DNA of 64,000 nucleotides from Haplodiscus bocki. Taxonomy: Eukaryota. A program made the position numbers and the translations under genes. The notes beneath the pieces are model-generated. The model did no database searches, was not told the DNA's origin, and saw only the letters and a program-made list of their open reading frames with translations. Location of the stretch: contig OZ296651.1 of assembly GCA_965655095.1 (NCBI GenBank), positions 120,652,001-120,716,000 of the forward strand. The letters are read 5' to 3'. Shown piece by piece: positions 24,886 through 38,527 of the stretch (positions are counted from its first letter, which is position 1; each line of letters opens with the position of its first letter).

Positions 24886-26369
24886 ATGCGTTTCTTGTTT
24901 TGTGGACTTGTTTTCACAAAGATTTTAGTAGCGTTGTTATGTTTGGGTGAAGCGGACAGAGACTACAGTATTTTAAACAACTTTCGACCACTTAATCGCT
25001 TTTCCCTTTGTATCTTTTGTTCACATTCAACTTTAATGCTACTGAATAGACCTGTTGATTAACATGACTGTTGTCTCCTTCAATGTCCCGACTACCGCAA
25101 GCAGGTCATAAAAACTTTTTTGTCTACTAATGATTCGGATGAAAAACATCTTTATTGAATAATTGATTAGAACAGCAAAAGGAATGATCACAGAAAATGC
25201 TAAACTAGTAACAAAGCGAAACTTGCTATTTGAAAAAACTACAAAAGCTGTTTTTTGTTTAGGTTGTCAATACAAAGAAACATTCCGTGGCTCAGAGCCG
25301 TCGAAAGTAATGCTTCTTCTCACATTTTTTTGAATTTTTAGGAATTGGAGGGCAATCAATTTCATTAAAAGGTATCATCTCAGAAGTCGCTGGTGGTTCA
25401 CGTACAAGAAACTCACCTGATCTATTGTCCGAAAGTATTTCAAATGTTGTAACCAGGCAAATGAAGTCCTCAACCTCTTTAGTGCTGTTTTTTTCTCACT
25501 TTTAAAATGTGCATTTTCCCTATCATAAAAAATAATGTAAATGCATAAATTTCGTTACAGTGCCAAAAGTGGAAAATTCCCAGTTTCACAATTAGATACC
25601 TCATTTCAGATGAGTCAATTTTTCTAATCTCGGATTTTGAAAAAAAAAACAGAGTTGAGGAAAAAGCGAAAAACTTCCAAATACCGAAAGGAATCTTTCA
25701 AATAGTCATCAAAATACTATTTAAAAAATGACCCTACAACAATTTAAAAAAGTTAATGGATCAATTGGGTATTCCATGTGCGATCTTCTTGCGCTATGAT
25801 TTTTTTCAGTCAGGAATTGTGAATAAAAATCCATCAAAGATGATCTCAAAGGGTTATCTTTACACATGAAAACTCTTTTGATTCAAATGGTCGTCCACAA
25901 CCGTAATCCATACTTGATCAAAATAAATCCCACCAAAAAAATGCATGTAATTGCGGAAAGAATTACAAAATGAAGAAACTTTGAAATTTGATCTCTTATG
26001 TGTTTCATACTGAGTTTATGTAACACACCTTGCTTACGAAAAAAGATATCGGACAGCTTTATTAATTCTATAATACCAAAGAATTCAATAATTATTTTTC
26101 ATTAAAAAAATGAAAGCTTTTTTCCGCAAATGAATGCCGGAAACCAAGTCATGGTAAAACTTATAATTAAAAAATTTCCATCAGAGGAACACCCTCTGTA
26201 ACTATAGAAAGTGAAAAAGATCCCAATAAAAAATATTACCTGAAGGTAAAAGAGAAATTGAAAAATATCAGTTAGTGGTTCCGATGGAAAATTCAAGAAA
26301 AAATTTTAAAGGGTCAAAAGTATTCACACCCTCTAGAGTTTTCGATTTAGATTTAAAATCAAAAACAGC

Positions 26370-27010
26370 TCTTAAAAGTTATTGATAATACTTTCCTTGA
26401 ATGAACTGTTTGATTATTCTCATCTACTAAGGTATAGGTAACAGGGTCGGTGTTGTTTATTTTCTCAATTCTAAAAATTCCTCTAATCCGATTGGTTGTA
26501 TAACCTTTACTGAACACATTTCTGCGATTAGGAACTCTGACAAAGTCACCACATTTGACAGAGGATTTTGTAGTTTTTCCTTTTATTAAAGTCCTTTTAT
26601 TTTCTGTTTCTAAAATATTCCCATTAGATTTTAATAAAGATATTCAAAATAAAAACATAAGTAAGACTTAAGTGGGTTCTCGAGTCTTTTCTGATCTTGT
26701 ACACATCTAAAGCTTCATCAAACTGATTCAGTTCTATCTGACCAAATCTTATCAAGTTCTCGTTTTGATTTGGAAGAACATCGCTAGACACATTACAGAT
26801 TGTTGATCCTTGTTTGTCTGTGGTGCGAAGGGCCCAAACGTAATTAGTATGATAATCCAGCAGACAAACAATAAATTTATATCCTTTGTTACGTGTTGCT
26901 AATAAGCTTTTCTCCATGAAACCAATGGCCCAACACTCATTTTTGTAGTGAGTTACTATTTTTATTCGGGGAAGTGAGGTGAGAAAATTTTTGTGTATAT
27001 CTCCTGGGAT
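26370..27010 (-). pseudogene. Maverick integrase remnant (AT-rich family)
   Basis: CWAIGFMEKSLLATRNKGYKFIVCLLD; C-terminal GDFVRVPNRRNVFSKGYTTN...DPVTYTLVDEN. Confidence 0.8.
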
Positions 27011-28249
27011 TCTTCCGTTAAATTCTCCTCATTCAAAAAAAATCCTTTCGCTTCTCTCCCATAGAAACCTTCATTTATAAAAAAAACTTTTGTGATGAAA
27101 AACTGAAAGAATCAAAAACTTAGTACTTTCTTCCAAACCCTATTACTTTTATTTTTTAGAAAAACTTTTTTCTCAGATAAATTAAAAAACCTTTTTAAGT
27201 GCTTTTTGAACTTGTTCTTTTTTCAATTCTCAAACAATTCAAAACATATTTACCTCACCTACGCCCACCCCGCCATCAGAAGTTATAGAATCCCCCCCCC
27301 CCCCGAAGTTCTTGAAACAGAACAGATCAAAGCTCTTCCCTTGCCTGGGGAAGAAAAAGAGGTCCGGAAACCGCAAGCGATATAGTGCAATTGTTGCAGT
27401 CCCGAATGGTTGTGGAAAGATAGCTTTGCGCTCTAAGTTTGATGAGACCGAAAAACCTGATATCGAAAGAGACGGGGATGTTGCTAGAATCATGGTGATT
27501 GACATTGAATTGAGTTGACATGTTTCGACATCTGGTGGAAACGATACGCTGATAAAAAAAGATTTATACGGCAGTCACATTGATAATTCAAATCAAAATT
27601 TCTCCTGTAGCTCCAGGTACTGGATTGAAGTCATCGCCCATCGCAATGGTTTTGTTCAAAGTAGCAGGGATCAAGGATTGTGTTATTACTCCTCGAACGT
27701 CACTATCTGATAAGTCTGCCTCTATGGCTTTTGCACTTTTCGACGCTTAGAGTAATAGTTGATTGTTTTCTCTATCGTATGCTGCCTTTAATTATCGATT
27801 AAATGGAATCTCTTTCCGTTTTTCTTTTCAATGTTTTCCAGAGAAGGCTGAGTCAAACCAAAGCCATTACAACTTTGCATCTAAACACCACTTTGCATTT
27901 TTAGTTCAGTTTTATTCCAAAAATCTTAAGCACTCCACTTTGTTATTGAAAATTCTACTGACTGCTCTCGTTCCGCGAGGTATCTTTTTTTTGTGTTTTA
28001 CTTTGCGGTGTCGGCACTTTCTTGTTGCTCAGAAACTGATTAAACATTCTGCAGTGAAATCACAGTTTCAGCAAATTTCACTATGCGCAATTTCAACTTT
28101 AAATTTGGCTTCTGCAAAAACATGCTTCCGGAATGGAATTTACTCACCAACTCAAACCTAGTACAAAAAAACTAAATAAATTTAATGAACTAGTTAAATG
28201 GTCTATGTGTTTAGAAAATGAATGCGTTTCACGATTGTTGGAATAAACT

Positions 28250-28740
28250 AGAACATGCTGACTAAATTGAACTCTTTAGTTGTTTTGGCATACAGTAGGC
28301 ATCTATATATTGACAGATTGACGAAAATAAACATAGTAGAGGTTAGCATAATTAAACTCTTAGGTTGTTTTGGCATACAGTAGGCATCTAAGTAATGACT
28401 GATGGAAAATACATAGTGTAGGTTCGCACAATTGGACCCCTGGGATGCTTTGCCGTACAATAACCATTTATCTATTGAAAAATTGATGGAATCTATTCAG
28501 TCTAGGTTCACATAAATTGACTCTTTGATTGATTTGGCTTACATTGGGCATCTATTTATTGGAAGGTTTATGGAAGAAAACATAGTATCGGTCCGCATAA
28601 TTGGACTCTTATATTGTTTTGGCATACAGTAGGCATCTATATGGTGAAAGTTTGATGTTATATACCTCGTAAATTTTATGTATGTCCACTCTTGGCTTGT
28701 TTTGGCTTAACGAGGGCAACTATATAGTGTAAAACTGATA
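28250..28740. repeat. Tandem repeat, about 84-bp unit, about 6 diverged copies
   Basis: ggcatacagtaggcatcta-like core at 28287, 28372, 28452, 28536, 28621 and 28704. Confidence 0.88.
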
Positions 28741-29079
28741 AAACATAACCGGTATTGGCTCATGTAAATCAACTCTCGAATGACTCTCTGTCTCTGCCTC
28801 AAATCTATCGGCAAACTCTTCACCCTTAACATTACAGATGAAAACATCTTTCTCGCAAAGCTTTTCTGAATCACTTGAAACGTCTCCAGAAACAAAAGAC
28901 AGCTTCTTCACTCTTACAGCTTGACAGAAGACACAAAGCGTGTTATAATACGTAAAGTTTACGCACTGTCGCCTTCCGATGAATAGTATCTTGCTCTTTT
29001 ATTTCTCCACACTGGTTCTTCATCAGATTTCGGGTTGTAAAAGTAAATGTTTCGTTGTATGTCCGATAGTAAGTTCACT

Positions 29080-32000
29080 TCATCCTGCGTACACTGAGTA
29101 TTTACTTGAATGCTGTTTGATTGGATGTTGGTAATGTCGCTTTCTACAACTTCGAATAAAACAAGAATACATATTTCTTCCATATTTTGAACTTTGCTCC
29201 AATGATTTTATCGAAGTGCCACTCAAATAATCATCAACCACTACTTCATCGTTATTAAAGTCGTTCCTCCCTGGTGATTCCTCACCCGATTCAGCATTGA
29301 AGTCGAAAAGGTCGTGGTTCAGTTCACTTTCTGAATATCGTCTTTGGTGAACTCCAGGATCATGAGAAGTCCAACTCAAAATTTTTTCCCGGTGTTGATT
29401 AAAACAGTTCGCTCCATCGAAAACTGCGGTTTGAGTTCCTTTATTGAAAGTTGCACTAGATGCTCCTTGTTGTTCTGGGACAACCCCCTCCTTCACCAAC
29501 TCTTCCCAAATGGGACTTGCAGTTAGCTCTTCTCCCCATTCCGTATCATTCATTAAGTCTTGGTAAACGATAACGTCGCGACATTGACAGCGTTCAAAAA
29601 GGTGAACATGTACATCAGGTAGTTACAAAGATTGGAGGTGTCGCAAATCTGCCGTTGTACAAAATTCATAGTGTAAATCGTTGTCTTTCATTTCATAAAC
29701 TAATCAATCGGTATCGGGATAAAGAACTTTGCCAATGAAAAACTCTTTCACGACCTTGTAACAAAATTGGATGATGTCACAATTATCCAAGTCCAAGATG
29801 GTGGCTCCAACGAGTGTTGGTTTGTTCCAGAGAAAGCTGCGCTTCCCGCTGGAAACTGGCGCAAAGTTGTCGTTAAAGATCTTGAATGATTCAAAGAGTT
29901 ATTTGTAGGTTTCATTCAGATCTTCAAAGGTTCCGACAATGTTGACATTGACCCGATCTCGCTCGCCCTCCGAAGTCTTTCTTTAGCAGGAAAGGTTCAT
30001 GAGTCTGCGAAAACTTTCTTCGAAATTCTTACGGGACCGTTGTTTCCAAGAAGAAGAGTTGAGTTCTACGTTTAGCTGATAGTGAAAACTTCAGCACAAG
30101 GTGCACTTTTTTGATGATAAGTCCCAGACTCTTGTGGAGTTTCAGTGTTATGTCGAGCAGATCGTAGCTTTTCTTGTCCCATAACGTCCGAACAAGCTTC
30201 TACGTTAATGTCCGAGACGTTGATCCAATCCCAGGAAACAGGTCCTGTTGCCAGTGACTCAGGTCGACAAATTGAAGTTCCTCGTTGTGCGAGCCGATTG
30301 TAAACTGTGAAAAACATGGAGCTCAATGGGATAATTCGACTTCTACAATATATCCACTTACTGCATTATCTGCTGTATTTAACAGCTCTTCCAAGTCAAT
30401 ATCAACAAACTGGAAGTTATTAAGTGGCCGACGGAACTTTTCCATTAATCATCCGTAGAGGTTATCCGCATCCAAAACTACACGTGTAACCTCTCTTGAC
30501 GGCTATTGTGAACAGCTATATCTTCACTGATGGCGCGTTGAAAGCTCCTTTCGATAACTGCGCAGCCTTCTCCACGGAAAGTATTCTCTACCGATTCCAA
30601 ATGTTCGTGTTCTGTCAGAAGCGAATTGATTGACAGAACACGAACATTTGGAATCGGTAATCAGTGCATTATAAAATCGTAGGAAGGCGTCACCAGACAA
30701 ACAACATTTAAAGTAGTGCCCACTATCCACAACGTAGATCTCGCAGCACACTCTTCTGAATTCCTCCACTAAACATGCAAGTAGTAGGGCATCTATTGTG
30801 AGATAAAGATCGTGATATGGTTGCATATTGAAATATCTATAAACTTTCTCTTCTTGTTTGCATTGATCCTGAGTTATGTTTACTTCATCCTCTCGTAGTG
30901 AGCTACTCCAACAGCTGATCGGCGGCAACTCTGCTTCTTGGAACTTTTTGGGTCAGTCGAAGTGGGAGCATTAGCCTTTTCCAAGCAACAATTTTTTTTC
31001 ATCTCCAGAGGAATGTCAAAGATTGTCCAAAAATTGGAAATTGTTTTCTGGAAAGTAACTAGCAAGCTTTTCTGGAGAACAACTCATGAATCTCACCGAG
31101 TCAACAAAGCAAAGGTATTGGTATATTCTTTTGTCTTCCATTTTTGTCTCTAAGTGCTAACTGGCACGCGTATTGATAAGCTGATACTTATCTCTTCTGT
31201 TGGTGTGATGAGATCAAGGGTGCAGCCATTACTAAAGTCAGTCAATTGTTGGCAAACATGGTGCAAGTCATAACAGGATCATTTGTGGGGGACGACTGGA
31301 TTAAAAATCGCTTTTCGTCTTTTCAAATTGCAATAAAAATACGCATAACAAAGAAATTGACCAGAAAAAAAACGAAAATGATACAGTTTTCCATCTGCTG
31401 GAAGGAAAACTTTTTTGCAGATGCAACAATGCCCTTATTGTGTGGTGATTCAAGGGTATCTGACGCATCTAGTTACGAGATAATTGCTTTCTGACAAGTC
31501 TCCTTGGCTTCTACAAAAAATGTCTTACATCTCTCTGACTTCTCCCATTGTGCAAATACTGGACCAGGTTTACCGTGTTCAGCTTCTACGATGCAAAAAC
31601 CACTCGGCCGATGAGTTTCAACCACTTCGGTTGAATGGGCAGCATTGGCGCAACTAAATACTGGCTGAATCGATCATTCGATGTCAAAGTAAGTTACTAG
31701 AAGTATCAACCAACGAGCTTGCAAGTTGTTGAAGGCTACTCTTTTCTTTTGGTTCGCGAGCATATTGATGACTTCGTTGTCCTGTCGAAGAAAATTCGAT
31801 ATATGGCGGTTGTAGAGCGCTTCAGTTGTACAAATAAGGAAGCAGTTCTGACTAACAACTGGCTTCAACCCTTGAACTTTTTTCTTTTGAAAGTGTCTCT
31901 TATCAGTGGTAGGTTTCTCATGAACACATAATGTTACCGTCTACCGTCGTTCATCACGGTGACTCCACCTCCAACTCCCTCCCCTTTTTGTTCTTTTCGA

Positions 32001-33160
32001 AACTTTTAAAGGTACGAGTGTTTTGTTATCGTATCTAAGCAAAAAAATTGTTTCAATATCTATGAATGTAATCCGAACAATTATTCTGAAATCTTTTTCC
32101 AATTGTTTCTTAACACAGCGAAAAAACTCACCGAAATATGTTGATTTTGCAATCATGTAGCTCCCCAAAGCCAGGTATTTGTCGCAGACCGACAGGCATT
32201 TCGTACTCTCCAACAGGTTGATGAGCTAAAGGGTTCCGTGTAGTACACTTTGAGGTTTTGTTCGTATTCTCCAGGAGTCATCGCGGTCGAAAAGTCGAAG
32301 TCCACACTACTCTACACGCCATGCAGCAACAATCAGCACAGGAAACAGTTGCTATCATTTCGATTGCGAATATTGAGAGAAAATGCAGGCTTCGAAGTTC
32401 CGCGGTTACCGGTAAAAATAAATAGCCACTCAAGCGGTTGAAGGCGGAAAATCTTGCGCTTAGCTCAAGATTTCTCCAAGGATCCATCCAGACCTAATAC
32501 AGTAAGGACAAAAAGCGTCGATATCAAATTGTCGCTCATTTCGAAGACTATTTCTTCTGAAAAATTTTTCCGATAGACAGGTTTCATGATTGAGTTGGAT
32601 ATAAAGATTGTAGTATTTTCTTCATCTGTTGGTTTTTCGAAGTAGAGTTAAAATATTTCACTTTGGAAGCCCTTTCCGCCACAATTGCAGTTACCAAACC
32701 ATGGGGAATTGGCCTTGCATCCAACAAAAACTGAATATGATCAAATGCGCTGGTTCTTGGTATTGAACAAACTTTCAGTAACAGTTGAAAACACTCTTTT
32801 ACTAGCATTGCTTGTTTCTGAAGGGGCTTTCTGTTCAGAAGGTTGTAAACGGCTTCAAAGTAATTTTGGAGCTCGATTATTGAACTCAAAGCGCTGTGGC
32901 AGTACGCACAATGGCTGAGAAGATTTCGCAATGCATATCGTTGAAAAGTTTTGTAAGATCGTGCGAAGAATTAAAGAAAACTTTGGTATTCGCAATCGAA
33001 ACATTTGATCTCGTTCGTAGTTTCAACTTTGTACACTACCCGTTGATGCCTATTGCCTATGAAGATTTTTCCAAGTGGAGAAAGATTTCTCACAGAAACG
33101 GCAAGCAATCACTTCGATAGAACTTTCTGGACTAAGTTTTACGACCTAGTTACTTTTCAT
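29080..33160 (-). pseudogene. pPolB of element 3 with N-terminal zinc fingers and internal deletions
   Basis: CRFCEKSF, CFDCEY, CAYCH fingers; YHDLYLTIDALLLAC; DADNLYG; NKPTLVGATILDL; YPDTD. Confidence 0.92.
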
Positions 33161-33249
33161 TCACACAGTAGACAACAAAAAAAAATAGGAAGTATTCAGC
33201 CAGCCCTAGTTTTTTGTTGATTCATCGCGTCTGCATCTTACTGCTGCAA

Positions 33250-34420
33250 CCGTTATTAACCTAGAAAAAAATTCATTTGAATTCAACTTCAATCGCGTAG
33301 TAAAATAGTCTGCGACTTCGAATTCCACTGAGAGCTGTCCTCTGGTAAGGTCAAAAACCACGGAAAAATGATTTAAGGAATGCTAGACAGAGAATGGTAT
33401 CCCATGTCCATGATGACGCCAATGCTTCCATAGTACTCAAACAGATTTTTAAATCATTATCAGTAGCCAATGGAGTGCCTGCAACCAGATAAACACTGCG
33501 ATTAGATTAGGACTTCATATTGGAAAGTTGAAGATGGAAGGGGTTTGTCAGTTTGCTTCCTAGAGATCACATATTAAAACATATTAGATTGGCAAAAGCG
33601 AATCTACGTACGGAATCACGAGTGGAAATAGTTTCATGAATTCAGCTGCTACTTCCCGTTGTCACAAAGAACGTTTCTGGTATTCTGGGGACAAATGGCT
33701 GGCATTTTGCAAGGTGTTCCGAATGGGCGTGTAAAAAATTCTGTTACTGTCATCTTGCGACCGCGCAGGTTTCTCTGGTTTATATTAACTTCGTAATCTT
33801 TCACATCATCATCGCGCATCGAAAAAAACTCGGGTCTCTCAAAAATGACAAGTGTACGGTTACTACACTAATGAGGCGTTTATCACAAGGAGAATTGTCT
33901 GTGGCAACATTACCAATCAAACACAACGTACGTGAATCTCTTGTCTCTATTTCACTATGTGTAAATGCTTGGGTTGTGGCATCATCAGGATTCTTCTCGT
34001 CATTTTACCATCGGCATTTCAACCACGGTTCTTTGGTTTCCTCGTTTATACAAAATTCAGTTTCACAGAGGCTTTTTGTGCATAGATTCCACTAGAAGAA
34101 ATTGGGATTCAATTCCAGAAACAGTGCAGCCAAAGAACAGTGAGTGCAACCCATTGTTCACAAACTTCGGCGTATCTCGGTGGGGTCCGCTACATGATAA
34201 TTCAGATCTCCCATCCGATTTGTTTATATTACACTTTACTCCCAAACAACAATTCAGGTCAAAAAATTTTTCGAACTCCTGTAATTTCAGATTTCAATGC
34301 AGGACTATATGAAACATATGTTGGGCCAATCGTTTGTTTGAAAAAAGCATCAAAAGTTATTAACAGGGGAGGTCTCTCGAAAATGTCCACGGAGCTGTGT
34401 GATGCTTAAATTGGTAACAT
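33250..34420 (-). pseudogene. Major capsid protein (element 3)
   Basis: HSSVDIFERPPLLITFD; FVNNGLHSLFFGCTV; HFSVVFDLT. Confidence 0.85.
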
Positions 34421-34421
34421 T

Positions 34422-34755
34422 TTACACTAATGAAAAGAAAACCGACCGACTCCTAGCTGGATTCTTTTTAAATCTAATGATTTTCTTCTTTGCCCGTCCG
34501 CCAACTTGTTTCGTTACTTCAGAACCACTGACCCTGAAGCTTGTTTAGGTGTTGGTTTGAGCTTCGCTGCAACTTGTTCACTTTCTAGTGAACTCTGACT
34601 GAACAATTCTTTTCCACTGGTTTGACTATTGGAAGCAAAAGTTTTATCAGAAGAAATGCTACTCAGTCAACACTAACGGCTAATGACCCGAAGTGCAAGT
34701 GCATAGCCAAAAAAATGACTTGTGAAACAACTTGTCGTGAGTATTAGGTTTCCAT
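34422..34755 (-). pseudogene. Basic core-type protein (element 3)
   Basis: IKLLLPIVKPV, PKQA, KQVGGRAKKKIIRFKKNPARSRSVFF; homologous to 11470-12063. Confidence 0.65.
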
Positions 34756-34764
34756 CGTTTCTAC

Positions 34765-35599
34765 TAAGCTTTAGAGTCAAGGCCACATTTCCGGTCCCAA
34801 CAAATAGTATTTTTGTCACGTAACCGATACTAGTTCAATCTCTATACCTTCTGTTCTACAGGTGATCTTCTATAGAATAGATGTCCATTTTACTTCTGAA
34901 TTGATGTCCATTAAAAACAGTGCGAGCTGTCGTCGAGTCCATCTCAGGCTCCGCTTCTGAAAATCATTTCTCACTGCCAATGAACCGCAACAAAGGTGCC
35001 TTAACTGTAGTAAGATGTTGCTCCTCAAAGATACTTGTGTTCACAAAAAAAACATGTTAGTTCAGCCAGTGAGTCTTCTGTGATTGGTTGCTTCCTTTTT
35101 TCCACTTTTTCATGATTATCAACAAAAAAGCTCTTGGTCTGTCTTTATCAGGCACTCCTGGGAACCCTAAAATAACGAAAATACTACGATTGTGGAAACT
35201 GGCTTCGGTCTTTTCCAAAACTCAGCTCTATAGTCTGTTGTCTAGATATCCATGAATAGAGCGGCTAGTAGAATCGGGCTCTCTCTATAAACACCTTCAA
35301 TATGGATTCTACGGTGGGTGTCTTCTGCCGGAAAAGTTGCATTGTCTCACCAATTATCTCGGTTAAGAAGAACAGCACCGCTGACTGCCATCGAAGATTT
35401 TGCTCGTACTGAGGGAGTGTAGTTGTAAAAACTGATTGTGGTAATATATTCGGAGCTGGTTGAAACATTTTAGCTAAAGCAACTCGCCAGTATCCCCCGA
35501 GTTGAAATGGATGGGCTGGCAGGTTGCGAAAAACCGACATAGTGCTGTTGTTAAAAACAGCTGTCGATCATGTGGATTCGAGGTAGATTCCAAACTCAT
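34765..35599 (-). pseudogene. Minor capsid protein (penton-like)
   Basis: FNNSTMSVFRNLPAHPFQLGGYWRVALAKMFQP at the N-terminus; GNVALTLKL at the C-terminus. Confidence 0.85.
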
Positions 35600-36470
35600 A
35601 CATTTACTTTTAATATTTCGTGCTCGTAAAAAACTTGCCTTTATGGTATCGTCAGTGTTGTCCGCTAAATTATGTATTGGTGTATCGAAAGTTGGAATTT
35701 TCTCTATTAAAAATTCGTTCGTAAAGTTCTGTTTGCAATCGTTCTTGATTGCCAAATCTTCTTCTGGAACGCGAGCTTTGCCCAAAGTTATGTGACTCTC
35801 TGCGGCCACCGCTCGTAACTGAAGAACCTGCGTTTTTGATACCTTGTTGGGTGCTAATTTAGTTATTTAGCTGGGTCGGGAATTGATTGTACCAATCATT
35901 AGAATGACAAGTCCAATAGTGTTTCAAGTAATTGTATATAAAGTTTTTGAGGGAAAGCATTTTCCTTTCGGTAAAGGTTTAACTTAGTTCCACTTTCTGT
36001 TGTATAAGTGCGTATTCGGTCTTTTTCGCATAGATGTAGGAAAGAACTTTTAAACTCTGTCCCTTTGTCGGACCGCAGTTTTTGCGCTTTTTTGTTGTGA
36101 ATCAGTTTTTGAAAGACCTTGTAGTTTCATCGGACAACTTCAGCTGCATTGGAAAAACTGTCAGGTAACGTGAAAGACGATCTACTGCAACTAGTACAAA
36201 CTTGATGATTCCGTTGCTAGATCGGGCCAGTTTATCCACATACGGTCAAAAAAGACCAAATTGCGTCGATGTCATACGCAATTACTTCAGTCGCAAAAAT
36301 TAGCGTGTTGTTTGTTCAAAATTTGAGTGAGTTGCTGTGCCTTGTAGCAAAAAATGCACTTCAAAACGTGACAACTTTTGAACGTTTTTACGTTCGAAAT
36401 ACTTCCAAATGCAGCAGCCCTATGACTGCAAAAGTGATCTAACCTTTGTTTATCATCTGTCGAGATATTC
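35600..36470 (-). pseudogene. rve integrase (element 3)
   Basis: AAFGSISNV; YVDKLARSSNGIIKFVLVAVDRLSRY; KQNFTNEF...NLADNTDDTIKASF. Confidence 0.88.
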
Positions 36471-36654
36471 CCATCCCTTCTCTTCGCCGTGTGCTTCAGT
36501 ATCTTCACTAGATTGAAGGACATCTCGGATTCTAGGCTTTTTAGCAACTTTAGGAATTTTGGGTTTACAAAAGAATTACGTTGTTCTTACGAAAGGAATC
36601 TTTCCATTGATTTTGTTTAGGGGACATTCATGAAGCAATTTGACTGTAATCTCG

Positions 36655-37125
36655 TCACATCAATTCAAAATTGTCGAATAGTCTTTCCGCTTCTTGCTTT
36701 ATTGTCAGGGCTCCAGTATATGCAACATAATCGCGTTCAATTGTGAATGGTGTTTCTCTGGTCAGTGTTGAAGATGAGTAGAAAATTGTGGGTATGGGAT
36801 CAACTATATTCAAACAAAATAGCGGCGAATCGCTAGTTCCGGGATCAAAAACAGTCAAGAAATTCCCGAATGGTTCAAATGTTGCTCTCTTGTAACAATC
36901 TCTCAAAAAATTTGTTGTTTAGTTGAACTCCGAAAACATCCAAGTCTTGCACGTCGCGGGGAGACTTAAACAGAACAATGTTCGTTGTGTTCAGATCATT
37001 TTATCCAATTGGTGGAGAAAACATTCTTACAGAAAAAAGCCTGAAAAAGATTAATGGGTTTTTGCTGATCCATTTGGTCCAACTATGGACATGAAAAGAC
37101 GGTCAATAGTGGAAATTTTCTTACG
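36655..37125 (-). pseudogene. Packaging ATPase (element 3), internally deleted
   Basis: MSIVGPNGSAKT; DLNTTNIVLFKSPRDVQ; CYKRATFEPFGNFL. Confidence 0.85.
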
Positions 37126-38049
37126 TATAGTTGAACGTTGGGCCAAACAAAGCCAACTCTTCCAAACAATAGCGAAAACCAAACTTTATTCATCACATGA
37201 TTGATCTAGCGTCAATTTCAGCAAAGTCGTAACGATAGTAACAAAAAGAAAAGCAGCATGTGTAGAGAAAAACACTGCTGATCCTGGTATGATGTTGACT
37301 TGCAAAACCTCCATGATGATTTATAACTTTGGTCATTGTCAAAAACAATGTCTTTAACTAGTAAACCGTCTAAGAATTCGAAGGTATGCGCTTCCATTTT
37401 GGTTAAAAAATGACGTTGCGAAGCGAAAATTGATTCTATACAGATCTCACACAAACACAGAGGTAACAATGTGAAAAGTATAAAAAAGTTAAAAGGAGCA
37501 CAAAATGTTTGAAATCCTCGTAGTTAGTCATTACTGGATTTAATTATTATTCGATAAACTTTTCTAGTAAAAGAGGGAGGAAAAAAGGTTATTTCCAACA
37601 CACTTTTTCGACTAAGTCTTTTGCCATTCGTTTTGGTATTCATGGATTGTCAATTTCATCGAGTTGAGTCTCGTCTGCCAACTTGCTCGGTAGTCTAGCG
37701 GGTGCAGTCTTGTACTTCCGGATTAATTCTTGTAGCCAACTGTTGGACGTGAGTTTTGAAGTAGTGAGAAGTGTAGTTCAAAAGAGTTCTAACTGAGTTG
37801 ATACTTTCCTAGAGGCAACTGAAATCTCGGGGCCTCAACTCGATGGCTTTCTTGATAACATTGTGACCAGCAAGCTCTACTACTTCAACTTTAACGAGGC
37901 AAAAAATTCCATCGCCGTTTTTGAATGGCGCCGTCGGTTTAACTGTTGTCGATAGGTGCAGAAACAGTTTCGGGGACAAAGGTAGGCGTAGCTTTTGAAA
38001 TTCCGGTTGACTTCAAGACCATTTGCTCTATTTACATGACTATCCAGAT

Positions 38050-38527
38050 GTAAGAATACAAAGCTTTTTTCCTCGAGCAAGGGTCAAAGTAAAGTTCAAA
38101 ATTGCTGTGGTTGAAGGTTGTGTTCAAATAATGACAGTAGTCTTTAACTTTGGGCCAGCCAACTGTCTCTGTGTCGATTATTTGGAATAATTATTTCCGT
38201 ATGAAATCAAACTGGTTTCCGTTTAACATAGAATACAGCTATTGGGAATCGCACAGTCAAACTTCTAATTGTCAACAAAAACAAATAGTCCTGAGTTCCA
38301 GCGTTCCAGTCAAGTCCATGGAAGCGTCTCGTAAACTAAACGTAGGTTTTCTTGCTTCTTGCAGAATAAGTTGCAAAGCGAAAGGAGGTTGAAACAGTAT
38401 ACTGTCCTGAAAATTTAGCGCAAAACTGACTTTCTTTTGATAGAAAAAGGGCAATTTTGTGTCTAAACCCCTGGAAACCGACCACAGCTTCTGGACTCAA
38501 CATTTCAGATCTTTGAGCACGTTGCAT
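38050..38527 (-). pseudogene. DEDD/DnaQ-like nuclease accessory gene
   Basis: AVVGFQGFRH...LSKE; KKTYV*FTRRFHGLDWNAG; VFYVK. Confidence 0.6.
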
